DNA from: Eledone cirrhosa
Lineage: Eukaryota
Length of the DNA stretch: 64,000 nt
Direction: 5' to 3'
NCBI GenBank assembly: GCA_964016885.1
Contig: OZ024742.1
Coordinates: forward strand, 260,338,001 to 260,402,000
The notes beneath the pieces were generated by a model. It saw only the letters and a list, made by a program, of their open reading frames with translations. It searched no databases and was not told the origin of the DNA. A program made the translations under genes and the position numbers. Shown in pieces: positions 26,115-36,950 of this stretch; the first letter of the stretch is position 1, and every line of letters starts with the position of its first letter.

Positions 26115-26118
<4 letters not shown>
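25703..26118. mobile_element. (TA)n-flanked fold-back mini element: 147-bp perfect inverted repeat plus 3' tail
   Basis: 25703-25849 is the reverse complement of 25885-26031 with a 35-nt spacer; unique tail runs to 26118, then (TA)n. Confidence 0.85.
25923..25988 (+). ncRNA. Minimal type I hammerhead ribozyme (identical copy on - strand at 25746-25811)
   Basis: Stem I TATTTTGT/ATGAAATA; core CTGATGA (25931-25937); stem II 25938-25968 (12 of 14 pairs, TTT loop); GAAA (25969-25972); stem III T-[ATAT]-A; AUA triplet, with predicted cleavage after 25980. Confidence 0.7.
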
Positions 26119-26152
<34 letters not shown>

Positions 26153-26176
26153 GTCTTTATTGCAGTAATATAGATA

Positions 26177-26630
26177 GACTAGCTGAATCACCTGGCGCTG
26201 CCTGGGTTACTGCTGTTCTTATTCAGATTAATAAACAATAAATATGAAGATATATTTTTTTCTCATAATTATTTCAAAATATCTATATTTTATAAAAAAA
26301 TATATCAAAATTGTAATGATAATAGAATTTAGAAATGAAAATCTGTCAATCTTGAAGCAACTCAGGGTAAACAATATTCATTGTGTAATTTTTTGTTGGT
26401 GTCCAAATGAATAAATTGTTACTGCTTCGAACTTGTGAGCAACCAACAGAGTTGACCGTGGGAGAAACATGTAGTACAGAGATCAAGTCCAACTACCTTG
26501 AGGGATTGACCCTGAGATTTGTTAATTGAAATAACAAAACTTAGTTTGACTGGAATCTGAAGCCTCTTAAATTCAAATGGAACATCTGTGGGTATGAGAG
26601 GAATTTTTAGAATAAAGACATTTTTTTTTC
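26177..26630 (-). mobile_element. Helitron 3' fragment: Pif1-like helicase C-terminus and hairpin-CTAG end
   Basis: The - strand at 26625-26430 translates VFILKIPLIPTDVPFEFKRLQIPVKLSFVISINKSQGQSLKVVGLDLCTTCFSHGQL. The terminus reads CCCAGGCAGCGCCAGGTGATTCAG-CTAG-T on the - strand. Confidence 0.9.
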
Positions 26631-26904
26631 AATATTGTAAACAAATAAGTATCAACATCCAAAAGAAATATATATTAATCTCTATCAAAATTATGTTGGT
26701 AGTTTTAAATTTAAATTTCCACCCTTTAAAATGGGTAGATTTGTTTCATAGAAGCAGAGGTGGTTTTTAACCTGATTTGTATGAAAATAGTTTACCTGCA
26801 CATCTCTGAGATTTCCCGTGAGGATATCATCATACATAGATCTTATATTACATTGCAGGAAATGTGATGATATTATCACACATAGATCTTATTTTATATT
26901 GCAG

Positions 26905-26950
26905 GAAATGTGAAATATTTTGAGCCGGACCAAGTAGACTCTTCTAGGAA
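26905..26950 (+). CDS. tutl: 46-nt internal exon of the turtle/IGSF9-like gene (GNVKYFEPDQVDSSRN)
   Basis: TTTTATATTGCAG acceptor and GTAAGT donor. It enters in phase 1 and exits in phase 2, exactly bridging the TM exon (phase-1 end) and the terminal exon (phase-2 start). Confidence 0.8.
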
Positions 26951-27124
26951 GTAAGTTGCTTTCTTTACCAGTTTTAGAATAGAACTTTATTGTTGAACAG
27001 AAGTATATAAGGAAAACATTTTTTTGTAAATAATTTAAATAATAGACAGGAAAATAGAAGGTGAGAGGGAGAAAAAATTAATTTATGAAAAAAAAGGAAG
27101 GAAAAACACTACACTATTAGCCAT

Positions 27125-27560
27125 GTGATATATCTCAGCTGTGCCACATGGACAAGATGGTAAAAGCATTGTTGTGGAAGACAGACAGTGACATCCACTG
27201 CATCAGCCATTCCACAAAGAGGGCTCCTTCATAAGGAGTGCACTCCTCCCAATTTTGTAGAGGGAAAACAGCAGTCCAAGGACCAAGGACATTAGAGTTC
27301 TTGATGGCAACTGGTACTAAAAGGAAGTGGCTAGTGAAGTCTTGGTATTTAGATATCTTCTGCTTCTCAGTGTTACAGATGGCAGCAGCTGAGGTCATGG
27401 CTGGAGTTACAAGGTGCAGAATGTGTTGCAGATTTGGGATTTATCCACCTTGAATGGAGAAAAGGTTATCCTGTTTTGGTGGTGCTTACCATCACCATGG
27501 TTGAGGTCGACAGGTTCCAGCTGTGATGGGAAACCAGGCATGTCAAGGCTCATTCTGGAT
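27125..27560 (-). mobile_element. Degenerate CRE-clade non-LTR retrotransposon 3' end (restriction-like endonuclease)
   Basis: ORFs read SQLEPVDLNHGDGK..ITFSPFK..KSQI and AAAICNTEKQKISKYQDFTSHFLLVPVAIKNSNVLGP, matching the CRE C-terminal pattern. A related fragment lies at ~38655-38870. Confidence 0.7.
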
Positions 27561-28359
27561 GATATTTTGTTTTGTCTGAAAATGTGAATATTTATACATA
27601 TTGTTAAAAGAATTGTTTTTGCCACAGAAACCAGCTTTTAGTCCTCGAAACTCAGCTGAAAATATATTATTTCTCCTTATATTGCTATTTAACCTGTAGA
27701 GTGTTGGACAAAATCCTTTGTGATATTTGTTCAAATCCTGCCATGGTCACTTTTGTCTTGGAGTCAATTTAATTGACTTTCCCCTCCCAAAAAATTGTTG
27801 GCCTTGTGCCTAAATCAGAAACCATTATTACTGAAGGTGGGGATTTGCAGAATCTGTAGAGCATCAGACAAAATGCTTTGCAGTATTTGTTCAGACTCTT
27901 TACATTCTGAGTTCAAAAATTATCGAGGCCAACTTTGCCTTTCATCTTTTCCAAGGCATCAGTTAATAATACAATGAAAGACCACAATAAAAATAAGACT
28001 TTGGGAAGAAAAATATATTGATTATATTAATGACAATAATTTAAATGTTTCTTTTTTTAAATTTCATCTTTATCTTTCTCTCTGCTTATTTTAAACGCTT
28101 CCCAGGAAAAATAGAAAAGGTGACTTTTTTTCTTATCTGTTATTGTTGTTGATGTTGTTTTGGTTGTTGTTATGGTTGGTGTTGGTTCTCCGTGCATGTT
28201 TTACTGGTGATATACTTTCATATATTAACTATTGTTGATATGGATTGAATAAGCACAATTGTTGGTTGTGGTTGGATTAATTTTGATGGTGTTTGTGCTG
28301 ATGGTCTCCTCTTCCTCATACTCCTCATACTCCTCATCCTCCATGATTTGTCAGTGGAG

Positions 28360-28620
28360 TGAAGATGTGTGGCTTAGTGGTTAGCCTATTGATCTCACAA
28401 TCATAAGGTCATGGGTTTGACTCTCAGACCAGGTGATGTATTGTGTCCTTGAGCAGTTCACTTCATTTCACATTGCTCCAATTCACTTAGCTGAAAATGA
28501 GTGTCAGTACTAGCTGAGGGTTGGCCTTCTGATAGACTTACGTCTTATACTCTCAGTTTCTTAACCCCCATGAAATCAGAATAAGCTCCAGGCACTTCAT
28601 GTGACCCGTGTAAGCATGGA
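28360..28620 (+). mobile_element. tRNA-derived SINE family B
   Basis: GAAGATGTGTGGCTTAGTGGTTAG (A box), GGGTTTGACTCTC (B box) and core GTGTCCTTGAGCAG..CACTTCATTTCACATTGCTCCA. Others lie at 12187, 21525(-), 33950, 37040(-) and 39350. Confidence 0.7.
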
Positions 28621-28626
28621 AAATCA

Positions 28627-29050
28627 TCATTATCATCAATATCATCATTTTACCTCTGTTTTTTCAATGTTTGCATGGGTTAAACGGGTCATTTCCAGCA
28701 CAGCTTCCTTCCACCCATAGGATTCCTTCATCATGTCATCTGTGAGGTTCAGCAATTTGAGATCAGCTCCAACATCTGCTCATCTTTTTCTTAGTCTCCC
28801 TCTGCTGCAGTTTCCTTCCATTGGGAACTCCTGGCACTTCTTCACTTAGCATTCATCATCCATATTCATCACATGTCAGGACCAGTAAACATCTGATTCC
28901 TCTTTATCCAGTTTTTCTCTCAGTTCATCCAACCCCATCATTCATGCACACTAACATTATACATCCATTGGAGTATGCTTGCTTAATTTCTCTTCACATT
29001 CACAGCCTATGTCGTAAAACAATAACTCTAATTTTAAGTGCATGGTGTTG
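28627..29050 (-). mobile_element. RTE-type LINE 3' end with (GAT)n tail
   Basis: The - strand ends AACCCATGCAAACATTGAAAAAACAGAGGTAAAATGATGAT; the same terminal motif recurs at ~160-215, 19165-19215, 38130-38180 and 40205-40375. Confidence 0.55.
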
Positions 29051-30351
29051 ACAAGTTTTGAAGAAATGTTGTTTGTAGTCCAATTTGATTTTTAACTCGA
29101 ATGGTTTTATTTTACTTACACTAAAGTCTATTAAGAAAGACATTAACACCACAAACTATTTTACTCTTCACACACACCCTGTTTATCAATGTTATGATAT
29201 TACAGTAATGTTTTATATTTACTCATATAAATTGCTGCATGCAAACATTGGTTTAAGTTAAGAACCTGCAGTTCCAGAGCTACATACACCTCTTAAGGCA
29301 GTAAATTGGCACAATTATTAGAATGGTGAATTAAATGCACTAGAGGGGTTCTCATATTCTTGATGTGGTTGAAAATATCTCTCAGTCCTTTTGGAATGGT
29401 TTTATTAGCTGGGTGCCTTTCCTAACAATCACTTTACAGAGTAGACTGGGTGCATTATATTGGAATGTCAGCATTAGCTAGATTGTCTTTCAAGATTTAG
29501 GTGTCTCTTCTAAACTAAAGCAGCAAATTGGCAGAGTCAGTAAGGTGCCAGATGAAATTCTTTGGTATTTGTTCTGACTCACTCTATTTTGTGTTCAAAT
29601 CCCACTGAAGTCAGCTTTGCCTTTTTTTCTTTTGAGGTTGATAAGTAAAATAGCAGTCCAGTAGTGGCCTTGATTCTTCCTCTATTTCTTTTTATCACTT
29701 TATCTCACTCTCTGTCTCCTTCTCTGAAAGAAATTGGCTGTGTTCAAACCTGAAGAGGGATTGGCTCCACCAAATTAAAAATAGCTAAGACATGGCATGT
29801 ATCAGGACAGCATCCCCTATAACTCCATCAGGAATTAAAGCCACTTTCCTTTCCACACTATGTAATGAGGATATACAATGTATGGTTATATAAAAACTAC
29901 CAAGGGACTAAATATTTGGCCCATATTTCCACTTTTATTATATATTTATGAAATTCTTATATTTTGCTTTTGTAATCTGTTGGTATTTTCTGTGAAATTG
30001 GTGGTTTTGTGTATTTTATCTCCTTTGATAGCAAACTATCTCTGTTTCTATGATACAAAACTGTTTATTTTAAAGTATTTATATTTGTTTAAAAACATTT
30101 CATCATAATTTTATCTTAAATTTTTTGTTATATTCCAAACACCAACTTGATATTGATAAAGTTAGTTCTATTACAAAATCCCTTCAAATTGTTTATTCTC
30201 AAAATTATGTGAAAATCAGTGGTAGTGTCTTTCATTATAAATATGCTAATGAAAGGGTTAAAGCAATCATTTAAAAAATTTTGTAAAATACACTGAAATA
30301 CACAATGTACTTTTTGTCATATATTAATATTTTTTATTTATTTATTTTCAG

Positions 30352-32620
30352 TGAAACTTCGTCAGAATGGAATTATGGGGACCAAGATGGAAGAAGAAAC
30401 ATTGTGAAAGCTGTCAACCCTATGGGTATGCTAAACCAAACGTTTGTGGTGTCCTGCCATTCCCCTTCGGACAAATTAAATTGCAATCCCGTTGCCCAAT
30501 CACTGCCTTCCAAACGACATTTGCCACCATCATCATTGCGACCCTATATTTTTCAGGACCAACAGAAGTCTGTTCAACGCAGTGCCCTTTCAAAAAGTAC
30601 ATCTCTCAAGAATGGCGGCAACACCCAACAACAGGACACAATACTTGTTAACGTAAGACCTCCCAAGAAACTGGTTCAGCAATGTCCAGACACAGACATT
30701 GTAACATCACGAAGACAACAACAGTTACCCTCTCCTGGTCCTATGTCCCCTATTGGGCACGGGATTGCCTATACAAGTGTTCACCGCAGTAATGTTTATA
30801 ACCCTGTCTCACCCCGTTTGCTACAGTCGCACACCCCTCTTAATTTGCATATTACAAGAGCACAAATCCATAGGCTAGATGATGCCAGAGTTGCAGACCC
30901 TCAACAGAAGTACCAATCTGCTGCTAGTAGCAGAGTTGTTACTACAACTACTTCTGTCACTCTTCACTCTGAGCATTCCCCTGGCACTAATACTACTCTT
31001 AGAAATCATATGGCGTCACCAGCTTCACCTGGTATGTCTGCTGCTGCTGCTGCTGCTACTTACCATCATGGCCAACATTTCAAATCATCTCCATCTATAG
31101 CATCTGTTAAGCCGCATTATGCTCATAGCTCTCTATTCTCACCTGACTCACACCATCAGTCTAATATCAACAAAACCTACTTAACAAGTAGCCCTGATGA
31201 TGCGTACAGTCTTCGCCCATTCCAGATTAGCGATATCAGTTCTGTACAGCCTTCATCATTTTCAGAACGGTCACGTGACCAAACTCTGCCACTGTCACTG
31301 GTAAGTAGTCCTCAAGGAAGTCTTCTTCCTTCCTACCTTTCTCAAAATGACCCAGTAGTTTATCCGAAAAGACATTTGAAAGAAAACCAGCAACTCACTT
31401 CTACTGGTACAGTGCCATTTCAAACCAGAAGCATTCACCCCCAGCAACGAAATTCTTCAGCTTATTTTCATACTGGCCAAGGACCTAATTACTATCAGCC
31501 CCAATCTCAGCTCCAGTTTTCCCCTAATAATGTAAGAAAAGTTTTTTCTAACACTCACCAATCCCAGATGCAAGCAGCAGCTGCCGCAACACACAACCAC
31601 AGTTTTGTGCCATATGTCAACTATACACATTCACACTCACTTCCCAACCATTCAGAAGGTGGAGAATGTATGGACAACAACAATCAGTTATTTGGATATT
31701 CAAATAATTGTGAAGAGATGGTTAAATGTGGTGAAGTGGCCCCTAAACATCAGCTGAAGCCCAGCTGTACTGTTGCTGTCACCCATCCTCGTCTGATGTC
31801 GCCAATACCATCACAGACTAACACTACTTTTAGACAAAATGAATTTGACCCCTATAACTGCATTGAAAATATACCCCGCAAACATAGCACATACCCTGCT
31901 AAGGACCAACCGAGTGACTATTCTGCTGCAACCATGCCATGCTATAGGAACAGGACCCCAAACATCGACACTATACTTAGTCATCCTTTTGACAGTGGGG
32001 TACCTGAAGAGATTCGGACTAGTATGAGTAGTTCAGGCCGGGGAAGTATATTTGGTAGGGTTAACTACCCTGATGGCATCAGCCGCACTAGTAGTAAGAT
32101 GGATACATTTCCAGACTCTTATAGCAGTGGGCTCGGTAGTCACCACAGCGGTCCATTGTCTTCGTTTTACGTTGCCACAAGGGCCATAGCACCCATGGAC
32201 AGTACTTCAGTGAGTTCTCTTACTTCCCCTCAAGACTATGATGTCAGTTTGGACTCTTCCCTCATTATAGATGCTTCGAATTCCAACCGACGGGACTTCT
32301 CAGGAGATGGACACTATGATTTTGACTCAACATTAATATCTCACAACGCTGCCGGTATCGTTCAGTGTCCAGTGGATGAAAGACACTCAACTAGCCGCCA
32401 ACGGCCTTCCACCTGCAGCACAGCTTCACCACCTGAAATTTTGTTAAATGCTAACGATTTGTATAAAAGTCTCTATCCAAAGCCACGTAAGCCGAGTCGC
32501 TATAGCAACTCTGAAAAACGTTTTGAACGGCTGCGCGAAGAATATTATGAATATCGACGCAAGCAACTGACTCATTTGCAGCAGCAATTTTTTAAATCAA
32601 TGGACAGCGAAATGTTATAA
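30352..32620 (+). CDS. tutl: Terminal coding exon: long Ser/Pro/Gln/His-rich cytoplasmic tail of the turtle/IGSF9-like receptor
   Basis: 771-codon open frame with higher GC than its flanks. TTTATTTTCAG acceptor ends at 30351 (phase 2), so the ORF's first 15 aa are intronic. C-terminal RFERLREEYYEYRRKQ...SEML resembles the LREEF..(F/Y)RR motif I recall near IGSF9/turtle C-termini. Coding status is strong; the gene name is moderate. Confidence 0.85.
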
Positions 32621-32663
32621 TAATAATAATGATAATAATGATAATAATAATAATGATAATGAT

Positions 32664-32701
<38 letters not shown>

Positions 32702-32730
32702 TGACAACAACAACCACAACAATAATTATT
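32618..32730 (+). repeat. (TAA/TGA)n microsatellite starting at the stop codon
   Basis: TTA-TAA-TAA-TAA-TAA-TGA-TAA... runs for about 85 nt, followed by (ACA)n. Confidence 0.95.
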
Positions 32731-33903
32731 TACAAAAAAAAAATTAAAAGAGAACCAAAACTAAAGAATAAATGGTTTGAAAGTGATTGCATAATTATTT
32801 TGGGTGGAGTGGAAATATCAGAAAATTTCAAATTGAAATTTTTTCATTTTTTTTTTTATTTTGTGAAGAAAAGAAAATATTTAGAATCCAAAGAATGAAA
32901 AAAATAAAGGAAGGAAGCTATAAAACAACTAAATTTTTTCCTATATAATTTTACAGGTACCTTGATGTGGGGGTTCTTCAGTGGTAGTTAGCTTAGTGGT
33001 ACATATTTCCATGCACCTATTCTGAAAAAGCTTTTATTTTTTTCCTATTATTTAAGATCTTCACAGTGGAGGGAACATAAAGTGAATAGGTTACTGTTAA
33101 ATTTGGCATAGTATTTGATTATATTTCACATTTGTACTTGTTGGGCAAATAACTTCATCAGAGAACATGTATGGATACTAAAGTAATTATATCATGGAGG
33201 AATCATTTTAGCCATTTAAAAACACAAAAATAAAAAAGTACGCGCACACACACACACACACACATACACACACACACACACACACTCACTCACTCACTCA
33301 CTCACTTATACATACAGACTAAAACTGTAAAATTCACTTTATATTTATCATCTATTTTTTTAGTGATCTGATCACAAACTGTCACAAAAATGTTGGCACC
33401 AAGAAATAAATGTAATGTAAATGTAACACTTTTTGTGTGTGTGTGTTTTGTTTGTGTGTACTTTTTCAATAGGTAAACTGATTCTTCCATAATATAATTG
33501 CTTTTAGTTATATATAAATACATACATACATACATTAAATATGTATGTATAATGTATGTATAATGAGTGTCATTTTGGTTTGGGGATTTTTTTAAATTCT
33601 AATTTTAGTTTATCTTCATATTGTAAATATTTTTCCCTCATCAAATCTTGGTCCAGTCTTTTCAACTTCATGAAAAAATATGAGTGTGTGCTTATTTCCC
33701 TTTCTGGTTCTATGTCACACACACATATACACATATACATGCACACATATGCACATACACATACACTCACTCATGCACACACACATACTGAAGAGGAAAG
33801 AGATAGTGACTTTGAAGTTTCAGCTTATTGCTTCATCTGACTGAGCAGGATACTTAGAACGGCTATTTATAAGGTTCCTTTCTGACACTGACGTTTTCAT
33901 ACT

Positions 33904-33938
<35 letters not shown>

Positions 33939-35318
33939 AGTAATTGGCAACAGGCATGGCTGAGTGGTTAAGACGTTTGCTTCACAATCAGGAGGTACCA
34001 GGTTCAATCCCCCTGCAGGACATCTTGGGCAAATGTGAATAATAATAAATAATAATGAAATTATTGTGTACAGTGCTCAGGCACACTACAACTCATCAAA
34101 GGTGCATGTATAGTACATAGAATAATGTACAAATGTCAGGAAAATGAACAGTGTATGAGTCATGATATAATAATAATAATAATGAAATATTGTGTACAGT
34201 GCCCAGGTGCACCACAACTCATCAAAAAGTGCATGTACAGTACATAGGGCAATGCACAAACATCAGTAAAATGAACAGTGCACGAGTCATGATACACACA
34301 TGTGTGCATGTGTATGGAAGGGGTACATCAGGTGTAGTTTTGGCGTATTTCGGGAAGCATGAGTGTCTTAAAGGATGCAGTAAAGAGGCAGAAACTGTTT
34401 GGAATCTCAGTGGATTGACTGTACCTGTTAATCAAAAGTCCAGTCTTGTCACATGCTGTGTCATACTAATTCTGTCTGAGAATTATGTTAAGAGTACATG
34501 TGTCTGTGGAATGCTCGGACACTTGCATATTCATTCACGTTCAGAACAACTGAATACTCATCATTGAAACTAATAACTCGTCTTCTGTGTGTGTGTGTGT
34601 GTCTATCTGCCTATGTCTGTCTAACTGTATCTAATGAGTATAGCTGTGCAATACATATTGCACAATACACATGCACACACACACATATATACATATAATA
34701 GAATATATATATGTGTGTGTGTAATTATAATATTGTTGTTACAGCTCACACCTATGCATGTTTTGCTGGCTTCCAACAAGGTCACTTCTCACAGATGGTT
34801 TCTTGAGTGTTTCGATGATAGGGACCCCACCATCACCATCACTACCACTTCTAAAATATATAGGATGATATGTATAAGTGTAGGTTATGGATGGAGGTGT
34901 ATAAATAGACAGTTTTTAGTGAGGATATATTATTGCTATGATTAGATTTTATTAAATGAATATATATTAAATTAATTAAATTAATAGAGAAAAAGTTATT
35001 ACAAGAAAAAAGAATATTTGAAACCCAGATTTCTACAGTTTATTTACATCTGAGTATACAAGTGTTTTAAGGTTGTTTTTTTCTGCTAAATCATAGAGAT
35101 TAGCCTTGCATAATTCATAAAATGCTTGTGTATAATTACATATATAACGAGTGTTTTAAGACCATTTCCCTGCAAAAACAGGAGTTACCCTAGTAGGCTT
35201 CTTGTTAGTCATGGGGTTCTGTTTTAGACAATGTCTTACATTTTGACACTCTTCCTAGTGTCAAACCTTTTAGTCACCTCTTACAACACACAGGGATACA
35301 GTGTACTTATTCTAAACC

Positions 35319-35349
<31 letters not shown>

Positions 35350-35809
35350 GAGAGAGAGAGAAGACCCATAAGGTGAAACAAATTGTCCTTGGCAATGGTT
35401 AATTAACTGTTGTGGAACTAACTTCTACCAAACTCATCCCATGGACTGAGTGTTCTACTATTATGGATATAAACTCCCAGTGTTCTACCAATATATATAT
35501 ATATGTGTGTATGTATACACATCATGGAAGATGGATGTCAAACGATGATGAGGATGATAAAGATAATATTTAACAGTACCTATTGTTGCTATTTTCTTGA
35601 TTATTATGTTTGCCATTGTATAGATTAAGGGGATTAATGGAATTGTTAGAGAGAAGGTCAGACAAAATACCTTGCAATAAATATTCTAGCACTTTACATT
35701 CTGTGTTCAAATCACTTGGAGGTTAATAAAATACAGTACCAGTAAAGTACTGGGTCAGTATGATTGACATTCCATCACATCATCACTACCACCATTATTA
35801 CCACCACAA

Positions 35810-36000
35810 GGGCGGTGGATTGGCAGTATCAGTAGAGGGTCGGATGCCATGCTTTCCAGCATAGTTACATCCCTTTACGGTCTGAGTTCAAATCCCGCCG
35901 AGGTTGACTTTGCCTTTCATCCTTACGGGGTCGATAAAATAAGTACCAGTAATGCACTGGGTAATTGCTGGCCTTGTGCCTAAAGTAGAGACAATTATTA
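35810..36000 (+). mobile_element. SINE family A, well preserved
   Basis: GGGCGGTGGATTGGCAGTATC head, GAGTTCAAATCCCGCCGAGG box, core and ATT tail. Confidence 0.85.
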
Positions 36001-36071
36001 CCACCTCATCGCCATCATCACCGCCGTCAACAACAGCAACACCATTAACAACTACTACTATCAGCATCACC

Positions 36072-36950
36072 ACTATCGCCACCACCACCACCATCACTAT
36101 CCATACACCACCACCACCATCACTATCCATACACCACCACCACCATCACTATCCATACACCACCACCACCATCACTATCCATACACCACCACCACCATCA
36201 CTACCCATACACCACCACCACCATCACTATCCATACACCACCACCACCATCACTATCCATACACCACCACCACTACCCATACACAACCACCACCATCACT
36301 ATCCATACACCACCACCACCATCACTATCCATACACCACCACCACCATCACTATCCATACACCACCATCACTATCCATACACCACCACCACCATCACTAT
36401 CTATACACCACCACCACCATCACTATCCATACACCACCACCACCATCACTACCCATACACCACCACCACCATCACTATCCATACACCACCACCACCATCA
36501 CTACCCATACACCACCACCACCATCACTATCCATACACCACCACCACCATCACTACCCATACACCACCACCACCATCACTACCCATACACAACCACCACC
36601 ATCACTATCCATACACCACCACCACTACCCATACACAACCACCACCATCACTATCCATACACCACCACCACTACCCATACACAACCACCACCATCACTAT
36701 CCATACACCACCACCACTACCCATACACAACCACCACCATCACTATCCATACACCACCACCACCATCACTACCCATACATCACCACCACCATCACTATCC
36801 ATACACCACCACCACTACCCATACACCACCACCACCATCACTACCCATACACCACCACCACCATCACTATCCATACACCACCACCACCATCACTATCCAC
36901 CACCACCACCATCACTATCCATACACCACCACTACCATCACTATCCTTAC
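36072..36950 (+). repeat. 26-bp minisatellite CCATACACCACCACCACCATCACTAT with 20/23-bp variants
   Basis: Direct inspection; the translation repeats every 26 aa (3 units), cycling through all frames. Confidence 0.95.

Noticed and set aside
28106-28119. Possible 14-nt exon (CCCAG|GAAAAATAGAAAAG|GTGACT)
   Set aside because: It would break the phase-2 junction between 26950 and 30352.
28360-28440. tRNA gene
   Set aside because: A/B-box-like head is followed by SINE body and occurs in many degenerate copies; no cloverleaf is evident.
30305-30351. ATG at 30305 as start of a single-exon 771-aa gene
   Set aside because: This segment is an AT-rich polypyrimidine tract ending in TTTTCAG; phase-compatible upstream exons exist.
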